The notes below the pieces were generated by a model that saw nothing but the letters and a program-made list of their open reading frames with translations, made no database searches and was not told where the DNA came from. Below are positions 49,133 to 59,055 of a stretch of 64,000 nucleotides of DNA, piece by piece (within the stretch, counting starts at the first letter, position 1; every line of letters starts with the position of its first letter). Both the position numbers and the translations under genes were made by a program. Where the stretch lies: positions 1 to 64,000 of the forward strand of contig NIVC01001597.1 in assembly GCA_002269645.1 (NCBI GenBank), read 5' to 3'. The DNA comes from Macrostomum lignano (Eukaryota).

Positions 49133-50459
49133 ACTGCAATTTTTGCAGGAAGGATACAAAGCCTCCACTAACACAAACTAATGTAATACTATGCAAAAAT
49201 ATGCATAGTTAAGTACCTACTAACTACCAGGAAGGCGTCAAGCTTTACTATGAAATATTTACTATTAACTACAGAAGTCAAACTATTTAAGTGAACAAAG
49301 AAATTACAGCAAAACGTTTTCTACGAAAAAAATATATTTTGCTAAAAGGTAATTTCAAAAAAATGACAAATACTTTAACAAAGTACTAAGTAAAATGTCT
49401 TGTTTTGGGTACTATACAAAAATTAAGTAATGTCTGTATTAAAAAATTAATTTTTTAAAGTATTTCTATCATAGTGCAATTGAATACTAGAACTTATAAA
49501 CTTTAGTTTTCTAACGTCCAAGTCTGGCTCAGAACCTGAATTTTTTGGTATTCATATGCAAGTCTGCCTGGTCGTATACAGACAACTAACTTACTTGTAT
49601 ACAATATGCACGTACATCTATAGCTCCCTGCAATATTTTTGGTGCCAGAGGGTCTTGTTTTTTGTTGTTAAACGGGGAGCCAGACTATATGCCTAGCGCG
49701 GATATCAGCCCAAAAAAGCTCTCTCGGACCGCTTAAGCAATTCCCAATATTTTTTAGAGCTGGGTAGTGAAAAAGCCTTGAGGCTCACAGCGCTATTGGA
49801 GGGTTAATCCCAGCAGAGCTCCTGATTAGGAGACTATAGTCCTTGGTAGATAGGCTGCCCAGACTCGCTCCAATCTAAAGCCTTTTCCGTAGAATTTGGG
49901 GTTTCCCCACTCAGCTCGGACCGCTTTCTAAACTACAATATTTTTGCGCGCACTCCCGGGTTTTGTCTGCTGGGGGTGGTGGGTGGACTCGGTCCTAGCA
50001 CCGTCCCTGATTCCACTTTGGGTTGGCGGTGTCATCTGAGTAGTCCATAGGTTAGAGCTAGTAGTCCTGGTCCCAATCGTGGCCTCTCGGGCTATGCTCC
50101 TGCAGTGCTGCATTGCCTGCATTGCTATGCTGGCAATATGGCCCACAGATAAATCCAGCGGCAAAGCCCTACTTGGGCTGATCCGCGGGGGCCCCTGGCT
50201 TCCCACCCTCGTTTAACAACAAAAAGCTATAGGGCTCTGCCGTGGGTTACTTTACTTTACTTGATAGGTAGGGGCTCATAAAATTATTTGCCCTGCGCCT
50301 CAGCCCTTTGAAGGGCTCTTGCGCAACTTTTTTATTTTTGTGGTCCGAGTTTGAGATAACAACAAAAAGCTATAGGGCTCTGCCGTGGGTTGGGTCCACC
50401 AGGGGATATAGCCCGGGCCACTAACCTAAAAAAAATTGGAGTCCTCCTTTTTGTAGCAC

Positions 50460-51040
50460 AAAGCTAATTTTGGGCTGCGCACAAAGATTCGCAGACTATT
50501 GGGGATTTGGCCGGGGTGGCCTAAAAGCCAAAAGAGTCAAGGTTGGAGCGCCATCAGGGGTGCAAATTTTTGTACATGTAAGTCTCTTACTGCAAAGTCT
50601 AAACTGTCATGAATGGCCAGAACACCGTTATCTTTTAGTTGGATCAGGTCCGGCTTCCTAAGGTAACCATCGATCATCATGATCAGTCCCGACCGAAAAC
50701 CGCCCTGCTTCAGGCTGGGCTGCTGTAGGCAACCGCGAGATCTATGATTGCATCTCTGTTGCAAGCCGTCGGAATCCCGCACCCCAGGTGAGAGCTGCAG
50801 TCGCCAGATACTGCCGAACACTAATTCCAAGATATCATGCAGGGTCCCCAATTCCGGCGGGTTCCATCATCTTGGGCACTTCCGGGACCACACGCATACG
50901 AGCTACGCTCGTATGTGTGGCCTTCCAGGCAGCCCGGACAGGAGGCCCCAGGCCGCAGCACAACCCTCCGGGCTGAGTACGCCAAAGGCGACTATCTCAT
51001 CAGAGATCCTCTTTACGGCAAAACCACAAATGCATATGTC
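50460..51040 (-). mobile_element. Probable decayed RLE (R2/NeSL-like) non-LTR retrotransposon 3' fragment
   Basis: Minus-strand GYLRKPDLIQLKDNGVLAIHD fits the RKPD-x12-14-D restriction-like endonuclease motif. An upstream, frameshifted C...C..H.GC...RDAIIDL stretch resembles the CCHC knuckle/RHN region. It is bounded by (TA)n at 51044-51070. No RT domain is seen. Confidence 0.4.
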
Positions 51041-53338
51041 ATTTATATATATATATATATATAATATATAAATATCAACGACACTCCTAGTGGCACGTGT
51101 TTATAAATATATGCATGCATATGTACACCATATATGTGTATACGCTCGTAATTTTACTATGTAAATGAGCACTTATACATACATGTAATGCATGAACTTT
51201 ATAGTTCACGTAGGCTACGCTTTTGGTGCATTTATATACAGCCCTAGTTACACACTTCGTCGCGGCAACGTCGCGTATTGGTCGCGTTAGGTCGCGAAAG
51301 TCGCGGCCTTTATTGGTGAAACTTTGACGTCGCGAAAACGTCGCGAAAACGTCGGAAATTAAAGTACCAAAAATCGTTGAAATTTAACTTAATCAACCTG
51401 TTATACCTTTGATCAGACAGTATATATCAACTGCAATATTTATTGCCTCTGAATTCAATAGATGAAAATAGAAAATGGTAGCCATGTAAATGGCAGTGTG
51501 CATGAACAAAAAATATTCATATGTTTAGAGCAATTTAAAATAGTTGGAATTATTATATGTGCAGCAAAAAACTTGGATGCCCCGAATATAGCGACAAACT
51601 TAGGCTGCGCTAGTTATTTATGAAACCTTTAATTGTTTAATTATTCAGTATCTAAGATACTAAAAATGACTTTTTTCAGAAGCACGTAATATAATTCACT
51701 AAATTACGTAACAACTTATTTGAATGCAAATTATTAGTGGTTTTAAAACCGTATTTATTAACTTGAGTGATTTTTTTAATGGAAGTTACTCTTTCGTGGC
51801 ATTCGTTTGTTAAACTAACTGTTCCGTGTTTAGCAATTCAAAACCAACAGGGCGTCTCTCGGCGTGCCACTGTCACGATCAACCTGCAGTTTTCAGTGGA
51901 CTCGTTGCGGACTGTGTGCTTAATAAATTGAATAGTATACTCTTAATTCCCAAGTGTTTAATTATCAGCAGGTTGAGCATTTGAGGTTGAGTTTTTGCTG
52001 TTTTGAACAATTGCTGATTGCTTTGAATGAACCAGTATTTGCATATTTTTTCTTGACCTGGAATATTTTACATGTTTGACCAACACAATACCTTAAAGTG
52101 CAAGTGCAATCTTTTATGCTGGCTGCTAGGTGGCGAGTTAAAGTTTATAAGCAATTAGCATTTTAATTCAGTATAAGGGTATTATTTATCATGTGAGCTC
52201 ACTTTTCTAAATTTGCATAGGCCTATTATTTTTATGGTAGAATTTTTGCACTTTTGGCCCCACCTTTGTGGCTTGAAGTCAATCTATATATATATATCAA
52301 TATTTATGGTATAACATTGTTAGTTGCAAAAGTTCATTAAATAATATTGTTTATTGTGCACAAAAAATTAAATTACTGAGTAATTCACAAAACTTGGATG
52401 CCTGCCCTGCATTCAGGATTCAGTGTCATCATATATTAAGTTGTTCCATAGTATATTATATAAATGTTTATTGGCAAATATTATATTGGCAATCTTAAAA
52501 TTTGAGACATTGGGACAGACATTTTTCTTTAAAATGCACATTTAAAAAAAGTTATGCATAGAAATTGTCTTATCTTTATATTAGATGTTTAATTTACCAA
52601 AAAGTAGAAGAAAAGCTAAATATAGACAACATGAAGCCATCAGTGTATTGGATATTAAAAGTGACTGCTACATTATTCTTAATTATACTTTGTTACACAA
52701 CAATAACATTTTTAAACTGCTTCAAAATATTCTGATATCTAAATAGAATTCAACAAGGAGGAACTCCCTAGGATTTTACAATCATTGTTTATATTAGACT
52801 TTCTATAGAATAGTTTATTGCGTAAAATGCTAGTAATGTATCAAGTCACTCTAAATGATTTACAATTAAGTCAATATAAAGAAAGCAGTCAGAATGACCA
52901 TCTGCTTATATAGTAATTAACTCATATTGCAAAGCAAAGAGTAAAATTTTGATATTATTCAAATTTCAAATTATCAGATTAATTAAAATTGCCTTTCATA
53001 TTCAAAGATCTGCTTTAAAGCTCAATGTTCTTAGTGCTGTTAGCACCTCATTAATTAAATTAGTAATCACATTTCATTTCATTGTTTTATTTCATTTTGC
53101 AGCAATTTGATATTTGCCTTTCTTGGAATACTATATTGGCTAATTTTGTATAAGTGCCTGCTGACTTAAAAAGCTTTGTATTTGGAATAATTAATATCTA
53201 GCAAAATAGCAGTTTTATTCAACTTGCCAAATTGACACTGGTTCAAACTTTGTCATAGTTGAAACTAATCATCATATTGGTAAAATAAACTTACTGGTAA
53301 ACTGCTCTAATCACAATCCAACTGGCTTAAAAATTACA

Positions 53339-55252
53339 ATGTACAATGTATCAAAGAGAGCCCAACAACGAGGAATCAAAAGGAAAGTAAATGAATTTTT
53401 AACAGAACTAAAGGCTAGTTCAACAAGCACAGCACAAGAAGAATATGATAAAAACCCTCAACTAGATGCGTCAGAGCATGAGATCAGCACTTTTTTTGCT
53501 AGTGAAGGAATTCTTGATGAAACCAGCTACAATTATGATGATACCATTGGCGAATGCAGTGATGATGAGTTCTGTGACAATCAGCCAAAGACTGACATCG
53601 CCCAAGTAATCAGGAATTGGGCTGTCTTGTATAGAATTCCTGGCAATGCACTATCTGCACTATTAAAAATCCTTGTGAATTTTTTCCCATCCTTGCCATT
53701 GTCATCAAGAACTCTTCTCAAGACTCCAAGGCACACAACATTCACTGCAATGGGCTCTGGAAAGTTCACTTACTTCTTCGGGTTGCAAGACCTTGTGAAC
53801 CAAGTGCTGTCTTCATCTGAAAAGCCTCAGCTTCAGATCAACATTGATGGCCTACCAGTTGGAAGCAACTCGAAAAAAGAATTTTGGCCAATTCAGGCTT
53901 CCATTGGAAAAGACCCGCCAACTATAATAGGTCTGTACTGTGGAGAGCAAAAGCCACCTCTTGAGGAATATTTGAAGGATCTGATTGCTGAGCTGCAAGG
54001 TCTTGAAGACTGGTTCGACATCAAGTTCATATGCGACGCTCCAGCTCGTGCATTCATTAAATGCATCAAGGGACACGGCGGATATTCCTCATGCGAGCAG
54101 TGTACTGCTTATGGCAGATATGTTGGCCACGTAATTCTGGAAGACGTTGATGCCCCATTGCGCACGGATGACTCGTTCAGGCAACAGATTGATGAGGAGC
54201 ACCATACCGGAACAAGCCCCCTGATGGCTTTGAAGATCAATATGATTACAGCTTTCCCACTGGACTACATGCATCTTGTATGTCTTGGGGTGATGAAGCG
54301 GCTGTTGTTGCAATGGGTTGGCGGTCGACTGCCAAATCGACTGTCTAATCAGCACGTATTGCAAATTTCTGGTCATATCCTGAATGTTGCCAATTTCATT
54401 CCATCGGAGTTTGCTCGAGAACCGAGACCACTGAGTGAATGCCGGCGTTGGAAAGCGACTGAATTCCGGTCATTTCTGCTTTATTCAGGAAAAGTTGTAC
54501 TGAAATCAGTTTTGCCCTCCAAGCTGTACAAGCATTTCTTGCTGCTGAGCGTCGCTATTTTCTGCCTGTGTAATCCTGAAAGGTGCATTCAGCTGGCAGA
54601 TTATGCTGCAGAACTCCTTCGGATGTTTGTGTCCGACTGTGCGAAAATTTACGGTGACAATTTCATGAGTCATAATGTGCATTGCCTGCTCCATCTACCA
54701 TCCTGTGTCAAACACAACGGGTCTCTTGACAGTTTTTCTGCCTTTAAGTTCGAAAACAATATGCAATCCATCAAAGCAAAACTCAGAACCAGCAACTTAC
54801 CATTCGAGCAAGTTTGCAACAGAATTCACGAAGAAAAAAGCATCAACGTGAATCGATCAGCCGCCAAGTCTACAAAATACATTGGCCTGCATTGGTCAGG
54901 TCCGCTTCCGAATATTCCCCCTTCGTGCATTGAGCAGTACAGAGCGATCATTTCGAGCAGGTTCAGACTGTCCAGTGCCGTAAATGATTCCTTCATTGAA
55001 TGCTCAGAAGGCTGCTACTATAGAATCGTGAATGTCCTGCAGGTGGAGAATGAGTCCAGCTTGGTGTGTCGCCGATTCAAAACCAAAGAGTCATTCTTCG
55101 CATACCCTGTTGAATCAGAAAAGATGGGCATCCATCTTGTGTCGAATTTAGATTTAGTTAACCTCTACACACTACGAATTACAGAGGTGAAGAGAACGTT
55201 CTACGGACTGCCCGTCGACAACAAGGTTGTCCTCACACCCATGTTTCTGTAA
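53339..55252 (+). CDS. EnSpm/CACTA-type DDE transposase, intact 637 aa
   Basis: Uninterrupted ORF with LQINIDGLP (D), FICDAPARAFIKCIKGHGGYSSCEQC (D, CxxC), FPLDYMHLVCLG, WKATEFRSFLLY, HNVHCLLHL and SAFKFEN (E), the typical animal EnSpm-like motif series. Confidence 0.92.
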   Translation: MYNVSKRAQQRGIKRKVNEFLTELKASSTSTAQEEYDKNPQLDASEHEISTFFASEGILDETSYNYDDTIGECSDDEFCDNQPKTDIAQVIRNWAVLYRIPGNALSALLKILVNFFPSLPLSSRTLLKTPRHTTFTAMGSGKFTYFFGLQDLVNQVLSSSEKPQLQINIDGLPVGSNSKKEFWPIQASIGKDPPTIIGLYCGEQKPPLEEYLKDLIAELQGLEDWFDIKFICDAPARAFIKCIKGHGGYSSCEQCTAYGRYVGHVILEDVDAPLRTDDSFRQQIDEEHHTGTSPLMALKINMITAFPLDYMHLVCLGVMKRLLLQWVGGRLPNRLSNQHVLQISGHILNVANFIPSEFAREPRPLSECRRWKATEFRSFLLYSGKVVLKSVLPSKLYKHFLLLSVAIFCLCNPERCIQLADYAAELLRMFVSDCAKIYGDNFMSHNVHCLLHLPSCVKHNGSLDSFSAFKFENNMQSIKAKLRTSNLPFEQVCNRIHEEKSINVNRSAAKSTKYIGLHWSGPLPNIPPSCIEQYRAIISSRFRLSSAVNDSFIECSEGCYYRIVNVLQVENESSLVCRRFKTKESFFAYPVESEKMGIHLVSNLDLVNLYTLRITEVKRTFYGLPVDNKVVLTPMFL

Positions 55253-55265
55253 AACATCGTTGCAG

Positions 55266-56807
55266 ATGCACTTTTGCGTTGTGGAATTTGCGGACAAGTC
55301 AGTTGAATATGTCAGCGAGGCCTGGCTCGTAGGACGTATCCGCTGTTACTGGCCACCGATAACTGTAGCGAGGGCCATTAAGTTAAGGTCTAAGCACGCT
55401 GCACCGAATTCAGAATGGGAGCTTCATGACATTAAAATTTTGTCGATGACAACCAACGAATGCACGGCACGCCGACGACTCAACCGGGCATCATGCGGCG
55501 CAGAAGAGCTGACAACCGATGCTGAGGCAACAGCCAACAGGAAGCGCACTCAACCGATCCGCTTCATCGATGGGCCTGCTCAGCAAAACAAAAAAAGAAC
55601 AAAGACGGCAAGGATCGTGTCAGACTCAGATCTAGAGTCATGCGATGGATATGACGATGATGCTGATCTGCCACCTCCATTGCCAAATTTTCGTGAGTAC
55701 GCACATTTGAAGTTCGATCTTTGAATTGGCTAAAACAAATTTCAGTAAATCAAATGTTTTAAAACTGTTCATTCTTCTGCAGCCCGCATTAATGAGACGC
55801 CCCGAGCAGCGAGAGGCGGACGCGAAGAGTCAGTGGGATCGTCCAGCTGTGCAGCTGTTCTGTTTGAGGCGGCGCATTTGAATTCGTGCAGGCAGGATGA
55901 CGCTGCGCAGTTGACGCAGACGCCGGCTGCTGCTGCCTACCCCGCTCAACAGTCGAACCAGACTCCCCTCTCGAATGCTTTGGAATGACGCCGGCAAACA
56001 GGCCGCTCTCAGCTGTGCGACCTCCCGCTCCACCGTCAGCTGCTGCCTCCGCTGTCGCAAGTGAACCCAGACTGGCAGTTGCGCCAGATTGTGCTGCAGG
56101 CGCGAGCACGCGTAAGTGTTCACAGATTCATTTGAAATGCTGTTGTTGTGAGAACTAAAATCATGCACGTGTACACCAATGTCATTTTTGCTAAAGTACA
56201 AGAGCACTGTAGTGTGATATCCATGATGAAAATTCCCGCCTTGATCTTTCAGCATTCGAGAAGATTGTTATGAGGGAACTGGCAGCCATCCGTCAATACG
56301 TTGAACGGATTGAACGCACGGTCTCCGCGATCGCGTCACGAAAGAGCGTGGCGGCTCCAAATCTGCCTGTCAACTTGCCGTGCTCGGCAGAAGACATGGC
56401 AGAACTAGTCCAGCATCTGGAAGAAAATCCAGCGGATGCAGAAGCGCTCGTGAGTGCATCGGCGTTCCTGTTTTTCTTCAATTCTTCTGTTGCGTGTAAA
56501 ATAAAAAACAATTAGACAATTTTGCGTAACTGCTTCATTTGCATTACAGGAAGGACAGATGGCCTGCATTGGTGGCGGCAGCACCCAGGATGCAGTGCGT
56601 CGCATTTTGCGCCGGCTGCTGGCTCCGCCGGCTATGGCGAGTTTTAGTTTCGCAGGACGGCGAGAGAAAGCGGCGTTCAAGGACAGCATCCTGTGGACAA
56701 TCGTGCGAGGTGCAACGCTACGCAGCGTCAAGGCGAAGGAGAAGGAGATAGAAGCCGCTGTAAAGGAGGTGCTAAAGCATGCAAATGACCCGAATCGCGC
56801 TCGTTAG
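55266..56807 (+). CDS. Second transposon gene (DUF4806-like accessory protein, possible TnpA analogue), 4 exons
   Basis: Exons 55266-55692, ~55783/55911-56111, 56253-56449, 56550-56807. N-terminus MHFCVVEFADKSVEYVSEAWL...CYWPP and C-terminus IGGGSTQDAVRRILRRLL...FSFAGRREKAAF...IEAAVKEVLKHAND resemble DUF4806-family proteins. Exon 2 has a frame conflict (TGA at 55986 in the frame entered from acceptor 55782). Confidence 0.72.
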
Positions 56808-58181
56808 CTTCATGTTGGAGGTCCCCTGGCCGCGGGAAAAATAGGCTCCCGAGCCTTGTCAGTTTGTTTCGATTTATTCATGCAGAGTAGGCTGGAATGG
56901 AGAAACTTAGATATAGAAAAATGGGGCGGGAAATTAGCTCTTTCCCTACCTAGTCACCAGATCCCTCCCCACCAAAATTTTAGATTCTAAGACAAACAGG
57001 GGTCGCAAAAACCCGTTTTTTAAACCAGTTTTCAGTAATTTAAAAAAAAACGGTGAAAACGGTAAAACTGTTTTGTTGGCCTTTTTGGCTTAAATTATTT
57101 CAAGTGTTATATTATTATGTGTTATATTATATTTACTATATACTGGGCGTTTATTTGCCAATTAAATTGGCTGTTTATTCTAGGAAACAAAAAATTTATT
57201 AATTAATTAAATGCTGCGTTGCTCTCATTTTTCTCTACTCTAATTACTTTTATCTACTATAATTTTACTCTAATTACCATTCATCGCTACGTTCTACTAT
57301 TCATTACCCAGTTCCCAGTTGGTATTTATGTTCCTTTTGTTTGCTATAGCTTTTATTATCTCCTATTGCATATAATTGCGTACTATATTTTTTTCAGCGG
57401 CTGACATATAGCTGTACAATCCTGGTGCGAGTCGACCTTCGCCAATAAAATATCACCCAGTATCTGATATAAGAAAGTTTATAGTAACACCGGTAGGAAA
57501 CTGGTAAAACTGCCTATTTTTTTAGCATTTTGGCTTACATTATTTCAGGTATGCGTGCTCACAAGCGTGTATGTCAGTACGTGTGCATGACAAATTATCT
57601 TGGTGTGCAATTGCTGCTGTGAATTACAGCATTTAAACCTTATAAATTTTTAAACAGCATTTAACGTGGCGATCACCTCTGTGAAACTGCATTCAAATCA
57701 AGAAGTAAGAAACTAACCGCAGCCAACTGTAAACTAGTCGCGTAAAGGTCGCGTAATGGTAATAACGTGACGTCGCTAAGTGAAGTGTACGCGACGTCGC
57801 GTGGCGCGACACTTGACCCCTTCCCGCGACGTAACTTTGCGACGTTTACGCGACGTTGCCGCGACGAAGTGTGTTACTAGGGCAGGTAGTAGATTAAAAA
57901 TACACGCCTGTACTACTGTAAGATTGCAAAGCTGAAGATTCATATGTAATGTTATTGTATCGGTACACAATTGTAGCTGTATTAGCGTAACCACGTGTTC
58001 ATTTACATATCTTTTTTTGTGGCACAAACTGATGAATTACCACAGACAGTGTATCGCCAGTATCGGTATTATAATTTGAAATGAACGTAAATAAAAATTA
58101 AAGCATTTCCACTATTGTTGGAATCATTAACGCAACCTCTCTCTGGCTAACAGATTTTGGTGTACAAGGGCGAGCTAGAAA

Positions 58182-58931
58182 ATGAGCCCAGAATCTCATT
58201 CTCAGACTGCCGCGATTCCACACCAGATCATAACTGCAGTAGCCAATAGGCCAAGTGGCAGAGTACTGCTACGCTCCTTCTGCAAGAGCATCGGCTGGTG
58301 CGCATGCGACATCACAGCCTCAAATTCTCCACGAGCAATTATTCCACCATACAGAGTCGACGCCGAGTCAGTAGATGGTATACTACGCAATCGAAAACGG
58401 CGAGAACTTTTTACGCCACAACCACCGGTACAATCTCACGGTACCGGTTTACATAGCCATAATCTGAGTACTACTTCATACAGCACACATCAAGACAGTG
58501 GACTATCTTCTAGTGTAAGTCTAATCTCCAATATTGAGACTAGCAGCCAATATGATGAAGCATCGCCAGCAAGCGACATCGCGATCGTCGGTACTTTGAC
58601 GGGTCGGAATCAAAACGGCGAATTTATAAATGTCACAGGAGTATCAGTTAATTCCTTAAGAGCTGACGATCAGGAAAATGATGGACAATCATACAGCAAC
58701 AGCCACACCATCATTGCTACTGCTAATTTACAAATGCAGTCGTCTCGAGATCCATTGGAGCGACAAGTGACTCCAAATACAGCTGAACTGGTGCATCATC
58801 AAGTAGGTCCCAATGCACGGAGCAATGGAACTTGGCTGCACATTATACTACTATTTACTATCGTCATCGTCATTATTTTTGTCTTCTCTCTTTTATGTGA
58901 GGGAGACGAGGAGAGGCGAGAGATGAGATGA
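58182..58931 (+). CDS. Orphan 249-aa ORF, S/T-rich, with a single C-terminal transmembrane helix
   Basis: ATG in A-rich context directly after an in-frame TAG; non-repetitive 750-bp ORF; hydrophobic WLHIILLFTIVIVIIFVFSLLC near the C-terminus; no signal peptide; no family recognised. Confidence 0.5.
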   Translation: MSPESHSQTAAIPHQIITAVANRPSGRVLLRSFCKSIGWCACDITASNSPRAIIPPYRVDAESVDGILRNRKRRELFTPQPPVQSHGTGLHSHNLSTTSYSTHQDSGLSSSVSLISNIETSSQYDEASPASDIAIVGTLTGRNQNGEFINVTGVSVNSLRADDQENDGQSYSNSHTIIATANLQMQSSRDPLERQVTPNTAELVHHQVGPNARSNGTWLHIILLFTIVIVIIFVFSLLCEGDEERREMR

Positions 58932-59055
58932 GAGAAGAGATAAAAGATAAGATAGAAGAGAGGAGAGAGTGGGGAGGGAGGAGAAAGAGAAAGGAGAGAG
59001 ATGAGAGACAAGAGAAGAGAAAGGAGATGAAAGAGAAGAGAGCTGAGAAGAGTCA
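58905..59055. repeat. GA-rich low-complexity purine tract
   Basis: Nearly pure A/G on the plus strand. Confidence 0.85.

Larger units (their letters stand above)
51242..57881 (+). mobile_element. Full-length CMC/EnSpm (CACTA-like) DNA transposon, 6640 bp
   Basis: TIRs CCCTAGTTACACACTTCGTCGCGGCAACGTCGCGTA (51242-) and TACGCGACGTTGCCGCGACGAAGTGTGTTACTAGGG (-57881), 1 mismatch. 3-bp TSD CAG at 51239-51241 and 57882-57884. Dense subterminal GTCGCG/CGCGAC motifs at both ends; two internal genes. Confidence 0.92.

Noticed and set aside
50990-51010. CTGATGAG hammerhead-core candidate on the minus strand (also at 36523, 36918, 58028 on plus)
   Set aside because: None is followed by stem II plus GAAA with a compatible cleavage triplet.
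56997-57550. CAGGGGTCGCAAAAACCCG hAT-like start and a degenerate ~60-bp direct repeat inside the CACTA 3' region
   Set aside because: No matching inverted end or TSD, so a nested element cannot be supported.
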